Shown here piece after piece: positions 1 through 12,094 of a stretch of DNA of 64,000 bases. A program made the translations under genes and the position numbers. The stretch's first letter is position 1. Each line of letters opens with the position of its first letter. This stretch comes from Ignavibacteriota bacterium (GTDB taxonomy: Bacteria; Bacteroidota; Ignavibacteria; UBA10030). A model generated the notes under the pieces. The model did no database searches. It saw nothing but the letters and a program-made list of their open reading frames with translations, and had not been told where the DNA came from. Location of the stretch: assembly GCA_963727825.1 (NCBI GenBank), contig CAVSHO010000009.1, positions 832,001 to 896,000 of the forward strand, read 5' to 3'.

Positions 1-202
1 ACCTTTTTAACAGATTGCGCTGGGCTGCTTTGCGTATTTCTCTTGTCACTGCAAAGCCAACATGTAATCCTGTTTGTTTCGATAGGGATGAATACACAAA
101 AGCTTTTATTGGCATGCTTTCATACTTCTTGCCATGAGTTATTACTCTCGTAAATGATCCAAAACCAGTAATGGTTGCTATTGATGGCTGTGAAAGAGGC
201 AA
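1..202 (-). CDS. rnpA: Ribonuclease P protein component (3' end runs off the window)
   Basis: Manual translation LPLSQPS...LHVGFAVTREIRKAAQRNLLKR matches the RnpA GFxV...KAxxRNxxKR motif; lies directly downstream of rpmH. Confidence 0.9.
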   Translation of the reverse strand, partial: MPLSQPSIATITGFGSFTRVITHGKKYESMPIKAFVYSSLSKQTGLHVGFAVTREIRKAAQRNLLKR

Positions 203-234
203 GAATGCCTTGTCTTTCCGGCAGGTTTTTTCTT

Positions 235-381
235 TTACTTTTCGCTGCTCACAGAAAGTTTTTTTCTTCCTGCGGCACGTCTTCGGTTAATTACCTTCCG
301 CCCGTTTTTTGTTGCCATTCTTGTGCGAAATCCATGTGTGTTTTTTCTTTTACGCTTATGTGGCTGATATGTTCTCTTCAT
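235..381 (-). CDS. rpmH: 50S ribosomal protein L34
   Basis: Manual translation [48 protein letters not shown]; divergent from dnaA. Confidence 0.98.
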   Translation of the reverse strand: MKRTYQPHKRKRKNTHGFRTRMATKNGRKVINRRRAAGRKKLSVSSEK

Positions 382-519
382 ATTTATAGGCTCTTTATTG
401 TTTTTCCGTTTTTATCTTTACAAACTTACAAAAATATTGGTGTATAAACAAGAAAACGCACCGATCGAAATTTCTATTGCACCACATTGGTAATAATACT
501 TATATTGTAAAAATTCCTC

Positions 520-548
520 TTGCATGCTTGCACCATTGGTGCTATAAT
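520..548 (+). promoter_or_regulatory. Sigma70-type promoter for dnaA
   Basis: TTGCAT (520-525), 17 bp spacer, TATAAT (543-548). Confidence 0.65.
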
Positions 549-576
549 AGAGCCCGTTTACTAAGCAAAATATTGC

Positions 577-706
577 TGTTGATAACTTGTTAAGAACTTG
601 TCGCTGTTAAACATTTGTGTTTGTGTTTCTCGGCAAGGCTCTGAAACAATGTATTGGTTTTGTTTTATTTGTTCTATTTGTATCCTGTGCATATAAATGT
701 GAATAA
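577..706. promoter_or_regulatory. DnaA-box cluster upstream of dnaA
   Basis: TGTTGATAA (577), TGTTAAGAA (588), TGTGCATAT (686), TGTGAATAA (698); variants of TGTGGATAA. Confidence 0.65.
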
Positions 707-729
707 GTTGTTCTTTCTGTTTAGTCTAG

Positions 730-2178
730 ATGGAGAATGATATGTTGTTACCCGCTCAAGCTGATCATATTCCTGATGTTCAACTCCTTGCAAACCAAGT
801 ATGGGAGCGTTGTTTAATTATTATTAAAGATCAGGTCTCTTCATTAAGTTATAAAACATGGTTTCAACCAATTGTTCCTCTTCGTCTCAATGATAAAGAT
901 TTAACAGTTCAAGTCCCCAGTCAGTTCTTTTATGATTGGCTAGAAGAACATTACAATACGCTGATTCGAAATACTATTACGACAGTTATTGGGGAATCTG
1001 GTAAACTATATTACTTTATTGCTTCTGAAGAACCTGTATCGACCCAGCAAGCACAACCTGAACACAACGCGGTCCTTCCAATAACCGATTCTACACGTAC
1101 ACCTTTTGCACCACATGTGCCTCTTCGAACAGAAAATCTTCAATCTGTTCGGAACAATTTAAATCCACGCTATTTGTTCGATAACTTTATAAAGGGTGAT
1201 TGTAACCAACTTGCTCGCGCCGCGGCAATGGCAGTTGCAAACAATCCTGGCGGTACTTCTTTTAATCCTCTAGTTTTTTATGGGGGTACGGGTCTCGGAA
1301 AGACACATTTGATGCATGCTCTTGGAAACCATGCGTCAATTAACGGCAAAGCAAAACGAATTGCCTATATATCAAGTGAAAAATTCACGGTAGATTTTAT
1401 TGAATCAGTGCAAGGAGATAAAGTTGCTGAGTTTTCTTCTTTTTACAGAAGTATGGATTTATTGATTGTTGACGATATTCAATTTTTTGAAGGTAAGGAA
1501 AAAACACAGGATAACTTTTTTCACACATTTAACACCCTTTACCAGCTTGGTAAACAAATCGTTCTTTCTTCTGATGTTCCACCAAAAGAATTGCATGGAT
1601 TAGATGAGCGATTGATTTCTCGTTTTCAATGTGGGCTAACCGCGGATCTTCAACCGCCTGATCTCGAAACACGCATTGCTATTCTCCAGAAAAAAAGCGA
1701 AGAGAACACTTTAGAGTTGCCACCTAATATCATTGATTTTATTGCAGCAAATGTGACAAAAAATATTCGCGAACTTGAGGGATGCCTTATTAGTCTTCTT
1801 GCAAGGGCGTCCCTAGAAAATCGTGAAATTGACATAGATCTTGCAAAAGACGTATTACGTGTTGTTGTTAATGATATTCGTACACCTTTAACTATCGAGC
1901 AAATTCAAAAAACTGTTTGCGAGTATTTTGATATTCCTGTTGATCTTCTACGTGCCAAAACGCGAAAACAAGAGGTAGTTATGGCAAGGCAGATTGCAAT
2001 GTACATTGCAAAAGATATGACTAGTTCTTCACTTAAAACTATTGGCATGCACTTTGGTGGAAGAGATCACAGTACTGTCATTCATGCCTGTCAAGCTGTG
2101 GAAGAGTTCCTAAAAACCAACAATATTCATAAACAGCACATGGATCAAATACGAAGAACAATTGAATTAAATAAATAG
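730..2178 (+). CDS. dnaA: Chromosomal replication initiator DnaA
   Basis: Walker A GGTGLGKT, LLIVDDIQF, C-terminal GGRDHSTVIHA. Confidence 0.99.
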   Translation: MENDMLLPAQADHIPDVQLLANQVWERCLIIIKDQVSSLSYKTWFQPIVPLRLNDKDLTVQVPSQFFYDWLEEHYNTLIRNTITTVIGESGKLYYFIASEEPVSTQQAQPEHNAVLPITDSTRTPFAPHVPLRTENLQSVRNNLNPRYLFDNFIKGDCNQLARAAAMAVANNPGGTSFNPLVFYGGTGLGKTHLMHALGNHASINGKAKRIAYISSEKFTVDFIESVQGDKVAEFSSFYRSMDLLIVDDIQFFEGKEKTQDNFFHTFNTLYQLGKQIVLSSDVPPKELHGLDERLISRFQCGLTADLQPPDLETRIAILQKKSEENTLELPPNIIDFIAANVTKNIRELEGCLISLLARASLENREIDIDLAKDVLRVVVNDIRTPLTIEQIQKTVCEYFDIPVDLLRAKTRKQEVVMARQIAMYIAKDMTSSSLKTIGMHFGGRDHSTVIHACQAVEEFLKTNNIHKQHMDQIRRTIELNK

Positions 2179-2523
2179 TCCTTGGAAATATATCTTTATA
2201 TGCTTTGTTAATAATGTGTTTGTTATTGTTTTAACGTTGTGTATAAAAAAATTTTATAATACGTTTTCGTATTTATAAAACTAAATTGTTAATAAAATAG
2301 TTCTTTTAGACATTATATTAACAAAAATTTTTATTGCTATTATATTATATATATTTTGTTTTAGAAATATTTTCTTATTTATAAACACTATTCACAACAT
2401 TATTATAAATATTATTCTCTCTTTTAATATCTATTAATTATTATATGTCTATTATTGTGTATTGCATAAATAATTGGTAAATTCACACAAATAAGTAGAT
2501 AATGTAATATAGGGGTTTTTGTA
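2179..2523. other. Probable oriC (dnaA-dnaN intergenic region)
   Basis: Very AT-rich; DnaA-box-like TGTTAATAA (2206, 2287), TGTGTATAA (2238), TTATAAACA-CTATTCACA (2379-2396), followed by a TAT-trio-like tract TATTATAAATATTAT. Confidence 0.8.
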
Positions 2524-3639
2524 ATGAAATTTACAATTGAAAGTAGCGAACTCCAAAAAGCACTGATGAAAATCAGTGGTGTTGTTCCATCTAAATCAAC
2601 ACTTCCAATATTAGAGAATATTCTTTTCTCTCTCACAAAAAACTCTCTTAGACTTGTTGCTACTGATTTGGAAATTTCTATGTCGGCAACACTAGATGTA
2701 AAGGGAAATGAAGACGGGTCAATTGCTGTACCAGCAAAAAGGGTTATAGATACTTTAAGAGCTTTACCAGAAACACAGTTTATTTTTCATGCAGATACTA
2801 CAACAAACAAAATCCAGATGATTACTGATAATGGAGAGTATGATCTAATCGGTGAAACAAGCCAAGATTATCCAGCTGTTCCGGAGTTTAAGGGTGAAAG
2901 TGAAATTGTATTTGAAGGGTCATTAATTGGATCAATGATTTCAAAAACTATTTTCTCTGTAAGTACAGATGAATTGCGCCCTTCAATGACCGGATTGCTT
3001 CTTCAATTTAAAAACACAGAAATGTGTGCAGTAGCAACTGACGGTCATCGTTTAGTACGAGTTATATATTCAAACATCAATCAAGCAAAACCGCATAAAG
3101 ATATTATTATACCTGCAAAAGCCCTTATGTTAGTATCGAAAGCTATTGAAAGCGGCTCTAATACTCTTTCTGTTAATACTACACATATTAAGTTTTCATT
3201 TAAAAACTTTACACTTACTTCACGATTAATTGAAGAAAATTATCCTAATTATGAAAGTGTAATACCACTTGACAATGATAAAAAGTTATCTGTTGATAGA
3301 AATGTATTGTTAGCCTCAGTAAGAAGAGTCTCTCTTTATTCAAGCAATACAACACATCAAGTTCGATTTTCTATGAAAAAAAACGAACTAAAAGTTACCG
3401 CAGAAGATATTGATTTTGGTGGCGAAGCACAGGAACGTATCACATGCGGGTACAGCTCAGATGATTTAGAAATCGGTTTTAATGCGAGCTATCTTATTGA
3501 TATTCTTTCTCATATTGATTCAGATGAAGTTGTGTTTAGTTTCAGCAGTTCTGTAAAAGCTGCAATCATTACTCCGGCAACCATAAAAGAAAATGAAAAT
3601 GTCTTAATGTTGGTTATGCCAATGCGACTCAATGTCTAG
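2524..3639 (+). CDS. dnaN: DNA polymerase III beta clamp
   Basis: ATDLE, VATDGHRL, YPNYESVIP, C-terminal LVMPMRL. Confidence 0.99.
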   Translation: MKFTIESSELQKALMKISGVVPSKSTLPILENILFSLTKNSLRLVATDLEISMSATLDVKGNEDGSIAVPAKRVIDTLRALPETQFIFHADTTTNKIQMITDNGEYDLIGETSQDYPAVPEFKGESEIVFEGSLIGSMISKTIFSVSTDELRPSMTGLLLQFKNTEMCAVATDGHRLVRVIYSNINQAKPHKDIIIPAKALMLVSKAIESGSNTLSVNTTHIKFSFKNFTLTSRLIEENYPNYESVIPLDNDKKLSVDRNVLLASVRRVSLYSSNTTHQVRFSMKKNELKVTAEDIDFGGEAQERITCGYSSDDLEIGFNASYLIDILSHIDSDEVVFSFSSSVKAAIITPATIKENENVLMLVMPMRLNV

Positions 3640-3669
3640 TCAGACATTTAAAGATTCTGGTGTTGTTTT

Positions 3670-3703
3670 GATAGCCCCATTCTGAAGAAGATTTGGGGCT
3701 ATC
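3670..3703. terminator. Stem-loop between dnaN and recF
   Basis: GATAGCCCCA ... TGGGGCTATC inverted repeat; U-tract is weak. Confidence 0.4.
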
Positions 3704-3728
3704 GTGTTGTAAGTAAGGTAATCTTGGA

Positions 3729-4877
3729 TTGAAATTACAGCATTTGGTACTTGAAACATTTCGTAATCATGAGAAAACCATTGTTGATTGTTCCTCGGGT
3801 GTGAATGTTTTTTTAGGAAACAATGGCGAGGGAAAAACAAATATATTAGAAGGTATATCATATCTTTGCCTTTCAAAAAGTTTTTTTGCGGTAAGCGACA
3901 CAGTAGTAACGAATTTTAATAATAATGCATTTACTGCAACAGGAAGCTTTGTTTCCGAGGGCAATATATTTTATGAAGTAAGGGTGACTTTTGATAAAAT
4001 TCAAAATCAAAAAAAAATCACGGTGAACAAAACAAAAATTGATAAAGCGTCATATCTTGTAGGTAAGTTTCCCGTAGTAATTCTTTCACCCGATCAAAGT
4101 TCTATCACAATCGGATCTCCATCGGCCCGAAGACGGTTTGTGGATTTTGTCATCTCCCAATCGAGCAGAACATACTTAGAATGCCTTATTGATTACAGGA
4201 AAATATTAAAGCAGCGAAACAAAATATTATCTGGTATGCTATTCACGCATAAAGAAAACAATGTGGCTATTGAGCCATGGAACGAAAATCTTGTTAGCGT
4301 TGGTACGGTTCTTATAAGGAAACGCATAGAATTTATTGAAGATTTCCAAAAACTTGTGATTGATTCATATTCAACTCTTACTGGAAAAGCAGAGCAGCCG
4401 GGGATTTCATATATGCCTTCATTTGAAAGTCCTGCTAGCGATATAGAAACGATCAAAAAATTTTTCTATCAAGCACTTCAAGATAACTATCAAGAGGAAC
4501 GTCGAATCGGATATTCACTTGTTGGACCGCATAGAGATGAATTTATTATTAAGATTGACAAACTTGATGCAAGGAACTTTGCATCACAAGGACAGCACAA
4601 AACAATTTTAGTTGCACTAAAACTGGCAGAATTTTTTTACTTAAAGGAAAGGTGTAATGAGACGCCTATTTTACTACTGGACGATGTTCTTAGTGAAATG
4701 GATGGAAGACGATCTCAGCGACTATTAGAAACGATTGCCGAACTTGGTCAAGTATTTGTTACGTCAACCGATGAACGAGTACTCAATTGGATGCCGGTTA
4801 TTTCTTCTAAGCCAAGAAAGTTCTTTGTAAGACAGGGTAAGATTGATCGTGTCGAAGATGCCACATACACCAGTTAA
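3729..4877 (+). CDS. recF: DNA replication/repair protein RecF
   Basis: GNNGEGKTN, GPHRDE, ASQGQ, LLLDDVLSE; conserved synteny. Confidence 0.97.
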   Translation: MKLQHLVLETFRNHEKTIVDCSSGVNVFLGNNGEGKTNILEGISYLCLSKSFFAVSDTVVTNFNNNAFTATGSFVSEGNIFYEVRVTFDKIQNQKKITVNKTKIDKASYLVGKFPVVILSPDQSSITIGSPSARRRFVDFVISQSSRTYLECLIDYRKILKQRNKILSGMLFTHKENNVAIEPWNENLVSVGTVLIRKRIEFIEDFQKLVIDSYSTLTGKAEQPGISYMPSFESPASDIETIKKFFYQALQDNYQEERRIGYSLVGPHRDEFIIKIDKLDARNFASQGQHKTILVALKLAEFFYLKERCNETPILLLDDVLSEMDGRRSQRLLETIAELGQVFVTSTDERVLNWMPVISSKPRKFFVRQGKIDRVEDATYTS

Positions 4878-5148
4878 AACCATTGGTTCTGCAATAGACG
4901 AACTTGTTAATGGCTTAGGGATTAAGAAAAAGCTTGAAGAATACAATGCTGTTGTTTATTGGGAAAAGGTAGTGGGGGAGCGGATTGCACAAATGACAAC
5001 GGCAACGCATATTCTGCAAGGTGTTTTATTTGTACATGTAAAAACAAGCACATGGAGAAATGAACTAACACTCCGAAAAAAAGAAATTATAGATAAACTT
5101 AACAATATAATTGGAATTAATATAGTCAAAGATATTAAGTTTCAATGA
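4858..5148 (+). CDS. dciA: DUF721/DciA family protein (replicative helicase loader-like)
   Basis: WEKVVGERIA...GVLFVHVKTSTWRNEL pattern; sits between recF and gyrB. Confidence 0.85.
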   Translation: MPHTPVKTIGSAIDELVNGLGIKKKLEEYNAVVYWEKVVGERIAQMTTATHILQGVLFVHVKTSTWRNELTLRKKEIIDKLNNIIGINIVKDIKFQ

Positions 5149-5162
5149 ACAAAAGACAGTAA

Positions 5163-7226
<2,064 letters not shown>

Positions 7227-7265
7227 TATTAAAAAGATAAAATCGAAAAAGAGAAATATAACAAC

Positions 7266-9890
7266 ATGGCAACAATAAGCGAAAAAATAGTTCCGGTTGA
7301 TATTGAAGACGAAATGAGAGGATCTTACATCGATTATTCGATGTCGGTTATTGTGTCACGAGCGTTACCAGATGTACGTGACGGTTTAAAACCAGTTCAC
7401 CGGCGAGTCTTGTTCGGTATGCAAGGACTTGGATTGGCAAGCAATCGTGCGTATAAAAAAAGCGCACGTATTGTTGGCGAGGTTCTCGGTAAATACCATC
7501 CGCATGGAGATTCTGCAGTGTACGAAACAATGGTACGTATGGCGCAGGATTTTTCTATGCGCTATATGCTTGTAGATGGTCAAGGAAACTTTGGCTCGGT
7601 GGATGGTGATTCACCTGCAGCAATGCGTTATACAGAAGCACGCCTTACGAAAATTAGTGAAGAAATGCTAAGAGATCTGGAAAAGAATACAGTTAACTTT
7701 GCACCGAATTTTGATGATACGCTACAAGAGCCAACAGTAATGCCATCGCTTATTCCCAACCTCTTATGTAATGGAGCCAGTGGAATTGCGGTTGGCATGG
7801 CAACCAATATCCCACCGCATAATTTGCGGGAAGTGATTGACGGTTGCATCGCCTATATTAAAGATTCAAATATCGGTAATGAGAAACTTATGAAGCACAT
7901 TCTTGCTCCAGATTTTCCAACCGGTGGAATTATTTATGGTTATGGAGGCGTAAAAGAAGCATACACCACAGGACGAGGCAAAGTTATTGTCCGCGCTCGA
8001 GCCAGCATTGAAACAGGCAAAGGTGAACGTCAGCGAATTATAATCACAGAGTTGCCGTATCAAGTGAACAAGGCGTCGCTTATTGTAAAGATTGCAGAAC
8101 TCGTAACAGAAAAGAAATTGGAAGACATTTCAGATGTCAGAGATGAATCTGATCGTGATGGATTGCGTATTGTTGTTGATCTGAAACGTGAGGCGAATGC
8201 CGAAGTCGTACTAAACAATCTTTACAAACATACACCGATGCAGACAACATTTGGTGTTATTATGCTGGCACTGGTGGATGGTCGTCCAAAAGTGCTTCAA
8301 TTGCAGGAGTTCATTCAGCATTTCATTGAACATAGAAATGAAATTATAGTGCGGCGCACAAAGTTCGATTTGGATGAAGCTGAAAAACGTGCGCATATTC
8401 TTGAAGGTTATATCATTGCGCTCGACAATATAGATGCAGTGATTGCACTTATCAAGAAGTCGAAAGATGTTGAAAGCGCTAAGCAAGGTCTGATGAAAAA
8501 ATTTAAACTGTCTGAGATTCAAGCAAAAGCAATTCTCGACATGCGTCTACAGCGATTAACAGGTCTTGAACGTAAAAAAGTAGAAGAGGAATATCGCGAG
8601 ACAATAAAACTCATCGAAAGATTGAAATCAATCTTGAAAAACAAACAGCTCCAAATGAAGATTATAGAAGAAGAGCTGGTTGAGATGAAAGAAAAATATG
8701 GCGACGATCGCAGGACAGAGATTATTTATAAAGCAGAAGAATTTAGCATTGAGGACATGATTGCCGAAGAAGAAGTTGTGGTGACGATCAGCCACAGTGG
8801 CTTCATTAAAAGATTCCCAGTCTCGGGTTATCGGAGGCAAACGAGGGGCGGCAAGGGTGTTACTGGGGCGGCTACACGCGAAGATGATTTTGTTACTCAT
8901 ATGTTTATTGCAAGCACGCATGATTATGTGCTTATCTTCACCGATAAAGGACGTTGTCATTGGCTGAAAGTGTTTGAAATTCCGGAAGGCGGCAGAACCG
9001 CAAAGGGGAAATCAATTAGCAATCTTATAGACAAAGACCCGAATGAAAAAATTGCATCGTTCATAGCGGTTAAGGAATTTGACGATAAACATTTTGTTTT
9101 CATGTTCACAGAGCAAGGATTGGTAAAAAAAGTTGTTCTGTCGGAATTCAGTAATCCACGCCGCAACGGTATTGTAGCTGCGAACTTAAAAAAGGGCGAT
9201 CAACTAACCGATGTAAAACTAACCGATGCAACGCAGGACATTGTAATTGGAACGCATAACGGACTTGCTATTCGTTTCCACGAAGACGAAATTCGTCCTA
9301 TGGGCCGTTCGGCAGCGGGTGTGCGAGGTATTCGGCTTAGCAAAGGAGACAAGGTTGTCGGAGCGGTAAATCTGCGGCGCAAAGGCACAACGATTCTTGT
9401 TGCAACACAGAAAGGTTTCGGTAAGCGTAGCGAAGAAGACGAATACCGCACAAGTCATCGCGGTGGTAAGGGAATCTTTACTGTAAAGGTATCTGAAAAA
9501 ACAGGTAAAATGGTGGCAATTAAAGAAGTAATAGATACAGATGATATTGTAATAGTTACGAGTGATGGTATGATTATTCGACAGCATGCAGAAGATATTC
9601 GTGTAGCAGGGAGAAACACACAGGGCGTGCATCTTATCCGGCTGAACGAAGGTGATTCAATTGCTGACGTTGCCGTTGTTGTTGCCGAGGAAGAAGAAGA
9701 AAAACAGCTGGCCGAGAAAGAGAAAAATGGCGCTAATAGTAAGCCTACGTCGGAGAAACCGCCACTCAACAACCCAAATGAGTTGAATCAAGAAAACATC
9801 TTAACAACGAAAGAAAAGAAAAACCTTATTTTGCCCAAAAAGACAATTAAGAAAACATCTGATAAGAAGAAAAGACAGACACCAGATTAG
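7266..9890 (+). CDS. gyrA: DNA gyrase subunit A
   Basis: [17 protein letters not shown], GyrA-box QTRGGKG. Confidence 0.99.
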   Translation: MATISEKIVPVDIEDEMRGSYIDYSMSVIVSRALPDVRDGLKPVHRRVLFGMQGLGLASNRAYKKSARIVGEVLGKYHPHGDSAVYETMVRMAQDFSMRYMLVDGQGNFGSVDGDSPAAMRYTEARLTKISEEMLRDLEKNTVNFAPNFDDTLQEPTVMPSLIPNLLCNGASGIAVGMATNIPPHNLREVIDGCIAYIKDSNIGNEKLMKHILAPDFPTGGIIYGYGGVKEAYTTGRGKVIVRARASIETGKGERQRIIITELPYQVNKASLIVKIAELVTEKKLEDISDVRDESDRDGLRIVVDLKREANAEVVLNNLYKHTPMQTTFGVIMLALVDGRPKVLQLQEFIQHFIEHRNEIIVRRTKFDLDEAEKRAHILEGYIIALDNIDAVIALIKKSKDVESAKQGLMKKFKLSEIQAKAILDMRLQRLTGLERKKVEEEYRETIKLIERLKSILKNKQLQMKIIEEELVEMKEKYGDDRRTEIIYKAEEFSIEDMIAEEEVVVTISHSGFIKRFPVSGYRRQTRGGKGVTGAATREDDFVTHMFIASTHDYVLIFTDKGRCHWLKVFEIPEGGRTAKGKSISNLIDKDPNEKIASFIAVKEFDDKHFVFMFTEQGLVKKVVLSEFSNPRRNGIVAANLKKGDQLTDVKLTDATQDIVIGTHNGLAIRFHEDEIRPMGRSAAGVRGIRLSKGDKVVGAVNLRRKGTTILVATQKGFGKRSEEDEYRTSHRGGKGIFTVKVSEKTGKMVAIKEVIDTDDIVIVTSDGMIIRQHAEDIRVAGRNTQGVHLIRLNEGDSIADVAVVVAEEEEEKQLAEKEKNGANSKPTSEKPPLNNPNELNQENILTTKEKKNLILPKKTIKKTSDKKKRQTPD

Positions 9891-10151
9891 AAACGCTAAG
9901 TGGAAAATACCATGAAATAAAACATTTTTTAATTTTCCAGCACGAGATCTTTAAAGCATTTAGCCGTACTTATTAAAGTTTATTTATAATAGGGAAGAAA
10001 ATTTGTAAATGGCTATCCTTAATTCTGAAAACGGATAAAAAATCTAATTCAATTTTTATTGAATTTTCTTTCTACCGTTTGCGCATTTATAGCAGGAAAA
10101 AATTGTTGTATAATAAATTATGGAAAAAATGTGTTTTTGAATTGAGCAGAA

Positions 10152-10595
10152 ATGAAAATCAGAAAAAAAATACAATATTGGCTACCAGTTTTTCTATGGG
10201 TAGGTTTTATTTTTTGGATGTCGACAGGTATGTTTTCAGCACAAAACACATACTTATTTATCGAGCCGCTATTGCGTTTTTTTGTGCACTCAATTTCTCA
10301 TAAAGAAATCGTTGTTGTTCATATATTTATACGGAAGATTGCGCACATAACTGAATATTTTATCTCAGGCCTTTTAATATTTCGCGCTTTTAAAGATGGT
10401 TCTGATAAAAGACGGGAATGGTTTTGGGCGGCTTCCTCGCTATTGGTCGTAGTGATTATTGCGGCAGGCGATGAAATACACCAATCATTTGTTCCCGCTA
10501 GAACGGCTGCATTAATCGATGTTGGTATAGATATAATGGGAGGACTTCTTGCTCAGGGCGTAAGTGTGCTAATGTTCCGACGGCAACAACAGTAA
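10152..10595 (+). CDS. VanZ family membrane protein
   Basis: RKIAHITEY and DEIHQSFVPART motifs. Confidence 0.9.
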   Translation: MKIRKKIQYWLPVFLWVGFIFWMSTGMFSAQNTYLFIEPLLRFFVHSISHKEIVVVHIFIRKIAHITEYFISGLLIFRAFKDGSDKRREWFWAASSLLVVVIIAAGDEIHQSFVPARTAALIDVGIDIMGGLLAQGVSVLMFRRQQQ

Positions 10596-10859
10596 AATAT
10601 AATATAGTTTGTTTTTTAATTAATAATTGTGTTCAGGAAAAGGAATTAATAAGGAGTGAAAAAGGAGAACTAAAAAACTTCAATAAAGCTTTTCAAATCA
10701 AACAAGAAGCACTTATTACAAGTTAAGTATTATTATCTGCCCCGCTATAGAAAAAAGTTAACCAACATCAACTCAGATAAAAATAATCAGTTGCCAAAGG
10801 TTAATATAAAACTCGATATCGCTATATCTTGCCTTCTTATCTAAATCGATGTTGGCTGT

Positions 10860-11143
10860 TTTTAATAGTTAGTATTTCTGAATTGTATTTCCCTTTCTGT
10901 AATGGTTATTGGAATTTGTTAATTTAGCAGAACCACTCTTTGCATTTAATGTCACCCGGCAATTTCCGATTGTCAATATTTGAAACATTATTGTTAGAAG
11001 TAATCCTAAATAAAGATATCATCCATCGAAAGTGAATCGGCAAATTGTTTATTGCCGTTATTATATCTTTCGGGCGAAAAGCGCTTTCTACGAAAAAGGA
11101 AACTTAGGGTAGCTATTAAATAAAACAGATATCTACGAATCAT
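10860..11143 (-). pseudogene. Decayed gene for a probable secreted protein
   Basis: ATG at 11143 after a GGGG purine tract gives MIRRYLFYLIATLSFLF (signal-peptide-like), then frameshifts and stops. Confidence 0.35.
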
Positions 11144-11202
11144 AATTTGCCCCTGCAAGAACATTCCAAATATTACGCACTTACCCCTTTCTATTTAGAT
11201 AA

Positions 11203-11304
11203 GTCAATCTATGTGCCAGGTATTTTTTTAGGAAAATGGTCAAAAATCAAAGGTTGGGCTAAAAACAAAGTGCAAAACATGCACCATAATGCAGGAGGTG
11301 CACA
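11203..11304 (-). promoter_or_regulatory. Sigma54 (-24/-12)-like promoter with upstream tandem enhancer sites
   Basis: Minus strand CTGGCACATAGATTGA (11219-11204) with correct GG-N10-G spacing but GA at -12; upstream GTGCA-CCTCC-TGCAT and GTGCA-TGTTT-TGCAC (11270-11303). Confidence 0.6.
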
Positions 11305-11305
11305 A

Positions 11306-12094
11306 TTAGAACTTGAATGTAAATGTTACGCCTGGGCCCCCACCGGGTTGCAGATTTGACAGTACGATTACGGTAGAATTGTTGGACGTTGTAAAAATAT
11401 CAATTTCAGATGCAATATATGTAATAGCATATGCAACAAATGACACAATTTCAGCTTTATAATACCAATTATAGGTTTTATATTTTTCATCGATTTTTAA
11501 TGGATTTTTCTCGTTAAGATATTCTTGGCGAGCACTGCTTCTAAGAAATTCAAACGCAATTCCACTCCCAAGCGTTACAACTCCAAAACCAAGAAATATT
11601 GTGCCGGATGTTTTTTTCCCTATACGTAATTGCTCCCAGCCGGGAAACAAAATTGTTCTATAGGAAACAGACGAACTATCCGCCTCTGTCGGAATTACTT
11701 TCGTCTCCTGTGTAGTTTTTTTTGAAGAAAGAAAAGCTTGTTTTGCATCGCTGAAAATATTAAGTATTTTCGGAGAGGTAAGCACTGGATCAAGGGAGTA
11801 AGTTGGATAAAGGCTTAATAACTTAACGAATTGTTCTTTTGCAAGCTCGTGTTTTCCTTGTGCAATCAATGAAAAGGCTATGTATTTGTGAATTTCAGCA
11901 TAAGCAGTATCATTCAGATTTGCATTTTCAAGCAAGCGCCTAGCTTCTACTTCGGCTCTAATATAGGATCCTGAATTATAGAGAGAATCAATAGTCAGAA
12001 AAACTGCATGAAGAGAATCGTTCTGTGCAAATGTAAATGTATTAAAACTGCAGAAAAGAATTATAAAAACGATTAGGATTCGACGGATCATCAC
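11306..12094 (-). CDS. Secreted TPR-like protein with C-terminal membrane segment and terminal beta-signal-like end
   Basis: Signal peptide; TPR-like helices; ILFPGWEQ motif followed by a hydrophobic segment; ends GVTFTFKF. Confidence 0.7.
   Translation of the reverse strand: MMIRRILIVFIILFCSFNTFTFAQNDSLHAVFLTIDSLYNSGSYIRAEVEARRLLENANLNDTAYAEIHKYIAFSLIAQGKHELAKEQFVKLLSLYPTYSLDPVLTSPKILNIFSDAKQAFLSSKKTTQETKVIPTEADSSSVSYRTILFPGWEQLRIGKKTSGTIFLGFGVVTLGSGIAFEFLRSSARQEYLNEKNPLKIDEKYKTYNWYYKAEIVSFVAYAITYIASEIDIFTTSNNSTVIVLSNLQPGGGPGVTFTFKF

Noticed and set aside
175-447. 90 aa plus-strand ORF
   Set aside because: Antisense shadow of rpmH and rnpA
11154-11170. Second possible sigma54 site TTGGAATGTTCTTGCA (minus strand)
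   Set aside because: GG-to-GC spacing is 9 rather than 10
11147-11359. 70 aa plus-strand ORF
   Set aside because: No recognisable motif; overlaps the sigma54 promoter/enhancer and the TPR gene end
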